Assembly: GCF_009914755.1 (NCBI RefSeq)
Contig: NC_060938.1
Source of the DNA: the human T2T-CHM13v2.0 reference genome, Homo sapiens
Length of the DNA stretch: 64,000 bases
Direction: 5' to 3' (one strand)
The position numbers were made by a program, and so were the translations under genes. The notes under the pieces are model-generated. The model ran no database searches, was not told the DNA's origin, and worked only from the letters and a program-made list of their open reading frames with translations. This document shows positions 1-13,800 of this stretch, one piece after another (position 1 is the first letter of the stretch; the number at the start of each line of letters is the position of its first letter).

Positions 1-2028
1 ATGAAGTTCGTTGCATTTATTGACTCTTCCTTTCATGAAAGATTTCCCTGGAGCATGTGATGCTGTTTGATAACATTTACTTACTGGAAAATTCCTCGCA
101 AAATTGGAATCAATTCTCAAACCTTGCCACAGCTTTATCAACTAACTGTATATGTTATTTCTGAATCTCTTGTCATTTCAACAGTGTTCACAGCATCTTC
201 ACCAGGAGTAGATTCCATATCAAGAATCATCCCTAAGAAGCCCAAACTCCTCATTTGTTCAAGTTTGATCATGAGATTGCAGCAATTCAGTCACATCTTC
301 AGGCTCCACTTCTAATTCTAGTTCTCTCGCTGTTTCTGCCATATCTGCAGTTATTTTCTCCACTGAAGTCAGACCCTGAAAGTCATCTGTGAGGATTGGA
401 ATCAACTTCTTCCAAATGCCTTTTAATGTTAATATTTTTTATCTTTTCACATGAATCACACATGTTCTTAATGGCATCTAGAATGGTGAATCCTTTCAAA
501 AAGGTTTTGAATTTGCTTTGCCCAGATCTATCAGAGGAATCATTGTCTGTAGCAGCTACAGCATTATGACATGTATTACTTAAATAACAAGACTTCAATG
601 TCAGAATTAGTCCTTGACCCATGGGCTTTTGAATGGATGTTGTGTTAGCAGGCATGAAAACAACATTCATGTCCTTGCACATATCCATCGGAGGTCTTAG
701 GTGACCAGATTCATTGTCAATGGGCAGTAACATTTTGGAAGGAATCTTTTTTTCCGAGCAATAGGTCTCAACAGTGGGTTCAAATATTAAGCAAACCATG
801 CTGTAAATAGATGCGCCATCATTCAGGCTTTATTCTTCCATTTATAGAGCACAGGCAGTATAGATTTAGCATAATATTTAAGGGCTTTATGATTTTTCAA
901 AATGACAAATGAACATTGGTTTCAATTTAGTCATCAGCTGCACTATCTCCTGAAAAGACACCCTTGCCTTTGAAGCTTTGAAACCAGGCATTGGCTTCTC
1001 CTCTGTAGCTATGGAAGTCCTAGACGGCATCTTCCAATAGAAGGATGTTTCATCTGCATTGAAAAGTCTGTTTTTCAGTGTAGCCACCTTCATCATTATC
1101 TTAGATAGATATTATGGATAACTTGCTGAAGCCTCCATATCAGCACTTGCTGCTTCACCTTGCACTTTTATGTTATGGAAACAGCATCTTTCCTTGAATT
1201 TCATGAACCAACCTCTGCTAGCTTCAGACTTTTCTTCTGCAACTTCCTCACCTTTCTCAACCTTTATAGGATTGAAGAGAGTTAGGTATTAGGATCTGGA
1301 TTAGGTTTTGGTTTAAGGGAATGTTGTGGCTGGTTTGATCTTTTATCCAGACCACTGAAACTTTCTCTGTATAAATGATAAGACTGTTTTGCTTTCTTAA
1401 CATTGTGTGTCATTGGCGCAGTGCTTTTAATTTCCTTCGAGGACTTTTCCTTTGCATTCATGACTTGGCTAACTGGTGCAGTTGGCCTAGCTTTTGGGCT
1501 ATCTCAGCTTATGATACACCCTCCTCAGGAAGCTTGGTCATTTCTGTCTTTTGATTTAAAGTGAGAAACCTGTGATTGTTTTTTTCACCTGAACACCTAA
1601 GAGTCCATTGTAGGGTTATTAATTGGCCTAATTTAAATATTGTTGTGTCTCAAGGAATGGGAGGTCTGAGAAGAGGGAGAGAGTTGGAGGAACAGTCAGT
1701 TGGTGAAGCAGTTGGAGTACATACAACATTTATTAAGTTTGCTGTCTTATATGGGTGCTTTTCATGGTGCCCTGAAACAATTAAAATGGTAACACCAAAG
1801 ATCACTGATCACATAACACCATGTCAGATATAACGATAATGAAAATGTTTGAAATATTGTGAGAATTACCAAAATGTGAAACAGAGACGTGAAGTAAGCA
1901 TATGCTGTTGGAAAAATGGTGCCGATAGACTCATTCCATGGCAGCGTTGCCACAAATCTTGAATTTGTAAAAAATGAAATATCTGCAAAGCCCAATAAGG
2001 CAATTCGCAATAAAATGAGGCATGCCTG
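1..2028 (-). mobile_element. Tigger1 DNA transposon (TcMar-Tigger), cut by the window start
   Basis: 5' terminus on the minus strand (gcaataaaatgaggcatgcctg followed by TA at 2029-2030); ORFs 887..1096 and 383..799 carry pogo/DDE_1 motifs (FNADETSFYWKMPSRT, LLPIDN..GH, VVFMPANTTSIQKPMGQG). Confidence 0.93.
259..1608 (-). pseudogene. Decayed Tigger1 transposase ORF (frameshifts and stops)
   Basis: ATG at 1608 (minus strand) in the Tigger1 start context; only fragmentary ORFs remain. End coordinate inferred from the recalled consensus. Confidence 0.75.
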
Positions 2029-2697
2029 TAATTGTCAGTTCTCCCAGTCTGCAGTATTATTTCTGAAGCCCTTCATAAAGTTAGACAGACTTTTCCCTCC
2101 AATTTCTAGCTTTTACCTTGTTTCCTCAACCATATCCCTGAAGGGGCTTTGAGCCTCTAATGTCTTAAATCTTAACATCCAGCACTATCACATGCACACC
2201 CTTTTTAGCTATCAGGATGAAACTGTTCATCAGTGGCAGAAAGAATGGCTACAGAATAGTCCACATATTTCAGAAAATGTTCTTGGCTTAGAGCATTTGG
2301 AATATGATGTGTTATTAACACATGCTGGCTAGGAGTATGTAGTATAATTTGTTGAGCTGTTGCTCATTGGCTGAAAGCTTACGATAGTATTCAAAGTATG
2401 CTTTTGTAATAGAGTTACTTTTTCTTTCTTTTTTTTTCTATTTTCACCATAGTATATGAATGTTTATGCACAAAGTTGGTGTATCTGACACAGACAGAAG
2501 AATATTGGTTTTGAGTATGTTGAGTTTGAGGTAACTTGTGGGATATCAAAGAGTAATTGTGCAATGGGCAGTGTGTAATAGGAATTTAGGAGAGATTTTT
2601 AGGCTAGAAATAGATACTTAGGATGATTATTTTCATAGGTCATTGTAAAAATTGTAAGAATAAGATAGAAGGAGAAAGTGTAGAGTATGAAGAGGAC

Positions 2698-3208
2698 TGT
2701 AAAAGGGAAATAAATCTTGGGACCCCCAAAATCACTAAGCTAAAGGGAAAAGTCAAGCTGGGAACTGCTTAGTGCAAACCTGCCTCCCATTCTATTGAAA
2801 GTCATTCCTCTGAGGCTCATCTGAGACAAATGAATCTCTGATTGCTTCCTCTGCCCTATTGTTTATGTAAAAATGCAGATTCACTGAGCCAGACTAAATT
2901 GTGTATTCAGTGGAAGGCTGATCAAGGACTCAAAATAATCCAACCTTTTGTCTCTCATCTACTTCTAACCTGGAAGCCCCCACTTCGACTTGTCCCACCT
3001 TACTGGACCAAACCGATGTACATCTTACACATATTGATTATTAATATAAAATGTATGTCATGATTATCAATATAAAATGTATAAAAGCAAGCTGTACTCG
3101 ACCACTTTGGGAACATGTCATCAGGACCTCCTGAGGGTGTGTCCTTAACTTTGGCAAAATAAACTTCCTAAATTGACTGAGTCCTGTCTCAGAAATATGG
3201 GATTCACA
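2698..3208 (+). mobile_element. Solo LTR, MER4A-like (ERV1)
   Basis: Termini TGTAAAAGGGAAATAAATCTTGGGACCCC...TTCACA, with internal TATAAAA and AATAAA; resembles the recalled MER4A consensus; flanked by L2- and MIR-like decayed sequence. Confidence 0.8.
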
Positions 3209-5484
3209 GGGTAATGGTGAATTCTTACTAGTTATATGATTTTAAGCCAGTTATTTGACTTCTCCATGCTTAGTGCCCTCATCTATGTAGTAAGGAAAAT
3301 AATATCTACATCATATCGCAAAAGCCCTAATTAATGTTATTTTCTTTCTATGTTCCTTCATATATTTCCAACCTCTTTCTAGAAAATATTTATAGTGTTA
3401 TTCCATAAAGGATTTAAATTTGGCTTAGGAGTTTTCTGGCAAAGGGGCAAAAAGGAAAACTGGATAGATTCCATGGTCCTTGCTGTCTGTCAGGAGGATA
3501 CAAACCCATTTTTTTGAAAGTGAGTTTTTCTGGCACAGCTTTATTTAATTATTAACTCTTTCCTTTTCCCTTGAGTACAAATATTTGTTTTTACACAGCT
3601 CCGTTTTTCTGGCTCAGAATGGACTTAAATATACTATTTGAATTTGTACCTTATATTATTTGCTTGTTAGTTGAAAATTGCTATGCTAAATGATAATAGC
3701 CAACAGAAGATTGATTAGACATTAATTTTGAGTTCTAAGATAATGAAAAAATGGGTAAACATGCTTTTTTAAATTTTGAGGGCAATATCTTTTCTTCTGA
3801 AAGTCTACTATCTCTTCATAATGTTTTAATACCTGCTCCCAGGCCATCACTTCTCTACCTGTGGATGAATTCTTTTGCTTCATATTCCAAAAGCACTTTG
3901 TTGAGGTAGTTTATATAAATTTTTTCTCAGGATTTGGAATACATAGATTCTGAGTTCCCTTTTAGGTATCAAGTGATTCATAGCAATTTAGCCTAAAGGT
4001 ATGAAAGGACTGATGAGGAAATTTAACAGCAAATATTCCAAAGTTTAAATTGAGAATGCCACATAAGTAAATGTAACACATTCCTATTTTAGTTGCTGAG
4101 ATAAATGAGAAATGATTATCGTAGACAAAGTTAACTGGATCCCGTGGCTAATTGGCTTGAAATCCATGTATGCAAATAAGTAAGTCTCTACTTTTATTAA
4201 GATTGTATACCCCTTCTATCAAAAGTTATTCATTTTGAGGTCATAAGTTTTTTAAAATTACAAATATCTGGGCTTTAAGAAAATGTGAAACCTTTTTAAG
4301 GTGAAGATTCAATTGGTTACTTTCTGGGGACTAAAACTTGTAGAATATTCTTTTAAAATTCCAGTTTAATTCCCACTTGAAAGCTGATATCATCAACTCA
4401 TGGTGACGGTTAGGAAGGAGAGAAAAATAAGAAAAGAAAATGTCTAATATTTTGTTCATCTTCTTTGGGCCAGTTTAGTTGAAAACCCTAACCATCACAT
4501 ATAAATAGTTTATTTGGGAAAAATGTATTTTGAGTTCCAAGTAGCTAATTTGTAAGCAAACTATTGGAACAAAGTCTATTTGTAAATTGACTGCCTTTTC
4601 TAAAATGCACCAGGTGTTATTTTTTTCATGTGTTTTCCATGAATCCTTAAACGCATTTCATTATTGGATGTTGATAATATTTTAATTAACTGGTGATCAT
4701 TTAGGTCATTTCTACCTCTAAAATTTCTATGATTCGGTTAGAGCAGAGATTTTTGGCAAATGATTTAGTTGAATTAAGGTTTCTAAAGTTTTAATGTTCA
4801 AAGATATGGCACTTCAATCAATATTTTCTTGTATAGACAAGTTAGGTTTATTTTGGGAGGAAATTTTTTAAAAAATAATATCCTGCTTCTTTCTTACAGA
4901 ATTTAGTACACATGGGCTTAAGGAAGAATTTATTGTAAAAATAAAATTTTTCTTTTACAATGTTATTACTTGTTTTTTAGCTTTCAAGACCATAGGTTTC
5001 TGTTTCATTTTTAAAAGCCAAGGAGCTAACGAAGAATGGAAAGTGCTGATAAAACTAGGTTACTTCACAGAAAGTCTTAAGTATAGAGTTTTTGACAAAC
5101 TATGAATATTTCTTTTAGGCCAGTATGTTTTAATAATATTTGAAATTTGACATGGAATATAGTTGCTCTTTAAAAAGTAAAGTGAACAATTGACTAAAAT
5201 TTTGACGAGAATATTCTTGATAAAATAAAATCTGCTAAAAATATGTCATTCAGAGAGAAGAAGGATGTCATTCTGATTTTTAAAAACAAAAACCATAAAA
5301 ATATTTTTGGAAATGGATAATGACTGAAAATTTGGGCTTCTTCAGCAGATTTTTCTGTTTTCTGCAGAATGTAAAGTTTTATTTGAAAAAATTCCTAGCA
5401 CTCCTAGAGGCAAAAGATTGCCCATATACTGCTGTTTTGGTTGCTCTGTTGCCAGATAAAATGAACTAGCAATTATCAACTACT

Positions 5485-5819
5485 ACTTCTTCTTCTTCTT
5501 CTTTTTTTTTTTTTGAAACAGGGTCTTGCTCTGTCGCCCAGACTGGAGTTCACTGGTATGATCACAGCACACTGCAGCCTCCTGAGTAGCTCCCATCTCA
5601 GCCTCCTGAGTAGCTGGGACGCAAGCGTGTGCCACCATGCCCGGCTAATTTGTTGGTGTTGTTGTTGTTGTTTTTTGCTTGTTTGTTTGTTTGTTTTTTT
5701 GTAGGAATGAGGTTTTGCCATGTTGCCCAGGCCAGTCTCAAACTCCTGGGCCCAAGTGACCTGCCTGCCTTGGCCTCCCAAAGTGATGGGATTACATGTG
5801 TGAGCCACTGCACCCAGCC
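5485..5819 (-). mobile_element. AluJ-like SINE with (TTC)n/polyT tail and (TTG)n/(TTTG)n expanded linker
   Basis: Reverse-complement Alu arms; microsatellites in the tail and linker. Confidence 0.9.
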
Positions 5820-5831
5820 TATTTTTCCTGT

Positions 5832-6150
5832 TATTTTATTTATTTATTTATTTATTTTTGGATATAGGTCTTGCTTTGTCACGCAGGCTGGAGTGCAGTG
5901 GCTAATCACAGCTGACAGTAACCTTGAACTCCTGGGCTCAAGTGATTGTCCTGCCTCAGCCTCCTGAGTAGCTAGGACTACAGGCATGCACCACCACATC
6001 TAGCTAATTTTTTTTAAATTTTTATATTTTGTAGAGGGAGGGATCTAGCCATGTTGTCTAGGCTGGTCTTATATTCTTGGCCTCAAGCTATCTTCCTGCT
6101 TTGCCCTCCCAAAGCACTGGGATTATAGGCGTAAGCAACTAGGCCTGGCC
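5832..6150 (-). mobile_element. AluJ-like SINE with (TTTA)n tail
   Basis: gcaggctggagtgcagtgg ... ctcccaaagcactgggattataggc...ggcc. Confidence 0.9.
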
Positions 6151-6847
6151 TGTTCTTTTTTTTAATGATTAGTTTTTATATATGTATTTTGTAAATATGT
6201 AGAAAAAGATGTGGCCACACAAACACTAAACTCAACAGTAGCATATTACCCGTGGGAAGTGAGATACAGAACACAATGAAGTAGAACTTTGAGTTATTTT
6301 TCTATATAATTCTATATTTTATAAGCTTTAAAGAAAAAATATTCTTTTCACAGTTAAAATTAGAAATGGAAAATGTTACGTAGGAAAATAAACTGCAATA
6401 AAAAATTTTAATACTATTTAAATTATTATGACAAGGCAGATTATAAAAAGTGGAGATGTACAACTGATTTTGGAAACAATATATTATGTCTAATATACAA
6501 TATAACGTTTAGAAATATTAATGTTCTATATTACCTTGCTGACTAAACTATTGATTGAGTCTAATCTCCAAGACCTTGAGATATATTAATGTTATTTGTG
6601 GCTCTGTAATTTTGACTATTTTGGATAGATGCTTACTTATAAATATCTTTAGTTAGTATAGTTGTAAAGTTTGCCTGTTTTCACCTTCCATGGATGGGTT
6701 TAATTTCCTCTAACCACAAAGAATAGTGAAAATGCACCACTCTGAAACTTCCTAAGTCCAGAGTGGTTTATCTGGGGTTTAGTTGATCTTGCTAATGACA
6801 CTATGATCTTTGGAATTTTTCCCTGTTATTTTTTAGTGACACTATTA

Positions 6848-7215
<368 letters not shown>

Positions 7216-8695
7216 TTTAAAGATCAATGTTAGTATTTTACTAATAACCTTAAAAATTCTTATTTTTCTTATTACTTTTCTTATTTAGCTTATTCTGTAA
7301 GTTAAATACACACTTGGAAGAAATCAACTCTTCCCTATTCATTAGAATTTCTCTTTTTCCCTTTGTCTTGTATTCATTTTTTTGTTTTGTGAAGTTTACT
7401 TAGTGAGTACTTAGCATTAGGCACTGCGGATAGAGAACAAGATAGGCAACATTCTGTCTTTATGAAATATACTGTACTTCCTTGTCTAGGAGACAGAACA
7501 CAGAAATAAATAAGATGATGTCAGATATTGCCAACAAAAGGAGTGATTAGGACTGTGTGGTCCTAACACATATGGAATTGGGCAAGATTACACCTGGAGG
7601 ACTACAAATGTTTAAATATTTATCAAAACATTCGAATATTTAAAAGTTATAAATCAAGCCACATCCTTGGCCCAGCCTGATTTCCTACACAGCATGTTGA
7701 GTTGCCAGCAGCCTATACCCTCAAGACTCAGAGGCTAAAGGAACTGCTCTCTCCTCCCATCCATCTTTGTAACCTGCCTGACTGAGTGGTAGTATGGATC
7801 TGTTGGGGTAGGGCAGGGATGATTGGGGTGGTACCTAGACCCATCTAAAACAGTATATTAACAGATCCCACCAAGTCCCCAGGAATCTGGTTATAGAGAG
7901 GTTTGCCTCTCCAGTTCATTGTTTTTTCAACTCAAGTCTTCTAGGAAGTTGTAAGCCCTTCTTAATGTTGCACTACCAGAAAAGGGGATGCAGGTATCTG
8001 GGAAACCTGGCTTGCCTGGGAATTCGGTTTGCTTTATTTGGGGCAACGAACTTTAACCGAATAAAGCTTTTATAAGCAGCCACTCTTTCTGGGATTTCTC
8101 ATGGCAGAAGTTGTGTTCATTTTCTCCCTCACACATACTGGAGCGCTCAAAGTTCTTTATCCTCTGGCCAGTGAGGCCTCATTCAGCTAGCACCTCTTTC
8201 CTGTAATTGTCATTTGCTCAGTTGATTACTGAACTTTCAAAAGACATTCTTACAAGGAAAGGAAGAAAAAAACATCTGTTTTAGTGCTTGGGGTATATAG
8301 GGCTCTCTAAAGAGCAGGCCCCTGGCAGAGGCTTCTCTTGCCCAGGTCTATGGATGATATTGGGACTGGGGATGGAGGTGACCATACAGTAGCCTTTTAC
8401 ATGCTCTTTGACTTCTCCCTATCCTGCTCTTCTTCCTAGTCTCTCACTCAATTTGTTTTAATTTATAAATTTGTTTGATCTGTAAAACTAAACTGGTATC
8501 ACTTGGGATACCTATATCTGAAAAGTAAGCTCCAAATGAAAAAGAACATTTTCCAGAAAGTTTTTTGGTAAGATTTTAAATAGAAGTGACTAGTTTTCAA
8601 GTCTCACTCTCCTTATCCCATAGGGGCAAACTATTCAGATGTGTTGTAGATTTGAACATTGGCTTAAATGTTATGTTTTATTTCTGTCCTTACAG

Positions 8696-8848
8696 CTGTG
8701 AAAGTTGTGTAGATTTACTGTTTGTGAGAGGAGCTGGAAACTGCCCTGAGTGTGGTACTCCACTCAGAAAGAGCAACTTCAGGGTACAACTCTTTGAAGA
8801 TCCCACTGTTGACAAGGAGGTTGAGATCAGGAAAAAAGTGCTAAAGAT
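8696..8848 (+). CDS. MNAT1: MNAT1 coding exon 2 (153 nt): C-terminal half of RING finger, (L)[50 protein letters not shown](I)
   Basis: Acceptor tttctgtccttacag|CTGTG and donor AAGAT|gtaagt; translation matches MAT1; phase 2 to phase 2. Confidence 0.97.
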
Positions 8849-9039
8849 GTAAGTATTCCTGCTCGAATGATTCAGTCAACAAAGAGGACTTTAACAATTA
8901 TGTCAGTAATTGATTATTATTTGCTCATAAATGTGGACAGATTAGCAAGTAAATAACTATAAATTCATTTAAGTTCTTAGAGAACTGAGTAATATTATTT
9001 ATCTTTGTTAAAGAAGAGCCTCTTGATTGATGGCTTCAT

Positions 9040-9380
9040 TATTCATTTGTATTTATTCTTTGATTAATAAACATGTATTGAGTACCTACTATGTATTGAG
9101 TACCTACTATGTGTAAACACTACTATGTGTAAACATGTTATGCATGTTAAGCAGTAGTTATGAAGTGATGAGTAAAACAGCTATGAACTCTGTCCTCATG
9201 AGACTTACCATACAGTAGCATAGGATAGCAAAAAGACAAAAAAACAAGTAAACCAAAACAAATGTTATTTATTATAGATTGAGAATAGTGCTATATAGTT
9301 AGTGACTCAGTGTTGCTGTGGTCAATGATGTCAGGTGTGGGCAGAGGAGGTAACATTAAGTTGAAGTTTGAAGGCTATTA
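9040..9380 (-). mobile_element. L2-like LINE 3' fragment
   Basis: ttcatttgtatttattc...aaacatgtattgagtacctactatgtg is the typical reverse complement of the L2 3' end. Confidence 0.6.
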
Positions 9381-10124
9381 GAGAAAATTACGTGTTAGCT
9401 ATAGTTTATTTTGGTATGTGTATTTTTGTGTATATAGATATACACACATGGGCATAGTATATATATGTGTGTATATATGTATATATATACCTATATATTA
9501 TTAATCTGTCTTTTTCATTTACAATTTAGGCTTTACTCTTTACTCTTTGTTAATAGTTTTGGGTTTCCTTTTATCTGTTATTATGAGAAATAATTGATAT
9601 GTTTATTTTTATTTTTGGTGGTATACATTTCAACCCAGGTAACCAGTGTTTTAGCAGCATCTTTCTAGGTACATAACCAATAATACTTTATCAATCCGCC
9701 TAGCGGCTCTTTTATTGTTTGTATAACTTCTGCAAGGTAGTCTCTTAGATTTTGATCTTTCATTGGTAATTCCTTGCAATTTACTGATTCTTTACAGGTA
9801 CATTACAATATTTACAGATTTTCTTGATCTAGTATTTTTTAGACTATGTCATGAAAAATGGAGGAGTCGCTTCAATTTTTTGTGTTTTGGAAATTAGTGA
9901 ATCCCTTAGAAGTAAATAATACCATAATTTCCAATGTTATGTCTTGCTTAAGCTCATTTCCCAATCTTTCAAGCTCCCAATTTATCTTTCCCTGAAGTCT
10001 TAACAAGGATTTTGCATATTGTACCATTTTCTCCTGATCCTACTTCTTCTCCGTAGTCATAAGAATTTAAGAATTGCATTTTTGGTCTGGTTACAAACCT
10101 GGTGTCAAGAAAAACAGTGTTTTA

Positions 10125-10482
<358 letters not shown>

Positions 10483-10563
10483 TTAGGTCAGAACAAGCAA
10501 ACCAGTTAGATAATATTAAAAGCAATGATATGTAATATGTAGATTTCTTTTTTCTTTTCTTAA

Positions 10564-10653
<90 letters not shown>

Positions 10654-12746
10654 TGATGTATGCTAGCCTATAAGACCATGTGCTTTTATCTTTTAAATGC
10701 TTAGGAGAACATCTCACATAAAAACCTCTTAACAGGTTTTGTTGTGATAGCTAACATTTACCTAATTACTTTCTTTTGCACTTGAGTCATGTTTGTCAAA
10801 TTGAAGGCATACTTAAGTAAAGAACCTATTTAATATTGTCTTTTAGGAAAAATATGTTTAATAGAGATAGTAACACTTCATAGCTGGGGAGGAAGACTAT
10901 ATGGGTACATGCATCTGTGTGTTGATAACATATTAGAGTAGTTTAAATGAATGGAAAACATATTCTGATTTTTCAAAAATGGGGTTCCTATTAACCATAT
11001 TTATAGTGACTAAAGCCATATGTTTATCATTATTTGTGCTTCTGTGGATATAGTAGTCTTAAAGTACTTTGAAGCAGTTGACTGTTGAAGTGGCATTCTA
11101 TTAATCAGTATTATTCTGGAATCAGAGGTTGGAGTAATCTTTGTGCCTTTTCTTTCTGATGTGTTTAGTCAAAAGGAAGATTTTATCAAGAAAAAATGAT
11201 TTCAGTTTTCTTAAATAAAATTTCAGAGATGTTAAAAACTTTGGAAGTTGTTATATGTTGATTTAAAAAATAATGCTGCTTTTTAAACTTGCAGTAATTA
11301 TTACTAAGTGCGGGTTTGGAAATGACACAAAGGTTATATACTGTGAACATTAGAATGAGACTATGAGGATCAAACAGCAATCATTTTTATTCTTTCAAAC
11401 TTAATAGGTAACTGTACTCAATATTTACTATTAAAAATAAGATTATAATAAAATGGATCATTCTTTAGAAGATTTATATATGATAAACTTAACAATTCAG
11501 ATTCCTGAGGAATAATAAATATTCTAATTCCTTTAATTTCTTTACTAGAAAATCCAGAAAATCTTTTTGTTTCAACTGTTACCTGAAACTTTTCTCATAT
11601 GTCTAAGTTCATTTGTTATGCCATAGCAAAAGCATGTGGAAAACATAATTTAGGGTTTCTCTGGGATCTTTCAGTGCCATAAGAGCCACTGCTTTTCCAT
11701 TCTGCATGTACTCATTGCACTTTGTATGTTATCTTAGCAATCATGAGTGACTATGGATTTTAGCTGAAAAGATGGTAGAATTGGGAGTGACAAGGCAAAG
11801 TGGAAAAGTTAGAATGTAGACTGAGAAGAAAAACCAGAAAGAAATCTACAAGAACTGGGCAAGTATGAAGGTATGTAGAAATCTGGCTCTATATAGATAC
11901 TAAGTATAGGACAAGCTGTTGGATAGCAATTGGGAAGAAAAGTAGCTTACATATATTCTAAAGGTAATGTGATTAGTCAAAAGTCTGGTCAAGCAATAAA
12001 GGGAAAGGAAATTATAGGTGTTGCAGTACAAGTTGAATACATGGTCACAATTACAAGCAGGCAGTCAGGATAACTAAAAGAAACATATACAGAGAAGGTG
12101 AGGAATAGGTTTAGGGGATGAACTACAAGGAGATCTTGATTCTGGGATTAAGATTCTGACTGAGCTATGATTAAAAAAAAATATATATATATATACACAC
12201 ACACACTGCATATATATGTGTGTGTGTGTGTGTTGCTCCAAGATAAAGTAATTTGAAGGTGTGGACAACATGGGGCCCATAATTGGTACTAGAATTGATA
12301 GGCAAGAGCAAGTCTGGATATTGGGGGTATACAACATGTAATGCTTTCTTTACCAAAATATAGAAGCTGTGGCTCAGACCATTTAATTTGAAAGTGATTC
12401 TGCTATTATGTGTATTCATGAAGGACTGTCTTCAGTTGCAGTATCGGGAAACTCTCTTAAGCAACCTCCACTTAATTGTCTCATTGAAGTAACTGTCATT
12501 CCCCAGTTCTTCCATAAAAGGTACTCACTGATACCCACAGCATAATGAATGCATTGTGAATGCCATCAACCTTCTTATGCCAGTTGTACTTGTTATTGTA
12601 GTTATGTAGTTATGTAATTAAATACATATTTAATATTATATGTAATTTAAATATTTAAAGTGTGTAAGGTTGGGGAAAAAATTGTAAAACTCTAGAAGGA
12701 TTCTGTTTCTCAGGTTTTTAAGTCACTTCTTAAAAAATGGAAATTG

Positions 12747-13025
12747 GCCAGGTGCAGTGACTCGCGCCTGTAATCACAGCACTTTGGGAGGCCAAGGCAA
12801 GAGGATTGCTTGAGCCCAGGAGTTTGAGATCAGCCTGGACAACATAATGAGATCTATACCAAAATTTTAAAAAGTAGCTGGGTGTAGTGGCACACGTTTG
12901 TAGTCCCAGCTACTTGGGAGGCTGAGGTGGATCTCTGAAGTCTAGGAGTCCAAGGCTACAGTGAACCATGGTTGCGCCACTGCACTCCAACCTAGGCAAC
13001 AGAGCATGCCCATGTCTCAAAAAAC
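12747..13025 (+). mobile_element. AluJ-like SINE
   Basis: ggccaggtgcagtgactcgcgcctgtaatc...; ggattgcttgagcccagg is AluJ-diagnostic. Confidence 0.88.
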
Positions 13026-13800
13026 CAGAAAACAGAAAAGGAAACTGAACAATATAGATGACAGTTATGGCCTATATAAGGAAGAAGCAAAACTCTAAAA
13101 ACTAGAATTTGCTCTATGTCATTAAGTTAGAGAATGACTATATACTTCCTATATATGTTTTAAGTTAAAGTATTTGAAGAGAGAGACAGGTGTATGTGTG
13201 TGTTTCTCTCCTTTAACAAACTTATTTAAATGTTCAACTATAAATCCTCATTGTGTTTATTAAAGAGTGGTTCTACTCTATTTAAAGATATTGATGATTT
13301 TTGGGAAGTAACCTCTTGGATTTATAGTTTATTTTCTGAACTTCAGTTCAATTCAGCAAGTTTTTAAATTATGTTATGTGAACTGCTTTATGGATGGGGA
13401 TATGTGGTATTTGCCCTCAATAAGCTCAGACTCTAAAGGGGGAGATAATTATGGTAACTAATAACTATAATGTAATGTGATAAGTCTTATAAATAGGCAT
13501 TTATAAAATGCTATGGGAATACAGATAAAGCAATTAACCTAGCACTGGGAAATAGAGATGTGGTTTGGTGACATTCAGAGAAGAGATGACATGTGAGTTT
13601 GATCTTAAAAGAAGAAGAAGAGTTAACCAGATAGAAAGGGCTTGGAAAAACATTTGTAACAAAAGAAAAAGGCACCGAGATAGAAAAATGTTGAGCATGT
13701 TGGAGAATGAGCAAGTAGTCTGTTATAGGTGGGTAAAACATGAGGGATGACTAAAAATGGGGCCTGAAAAACAGGCTGGATTAAGGAGGCCTTAGTACCA

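Noticed and set aside
259-1608. Domesticated TIGD-like transposase gene
   Set aside because: The ORF is fragmented and catalytic-region motifs are degraded.
8586-8852. 88 aa ORF as a stand-alone RING microprotein
   Set aside because: It is exon 2 plus in-frame intron; strong splice sites delimit the real coding part.
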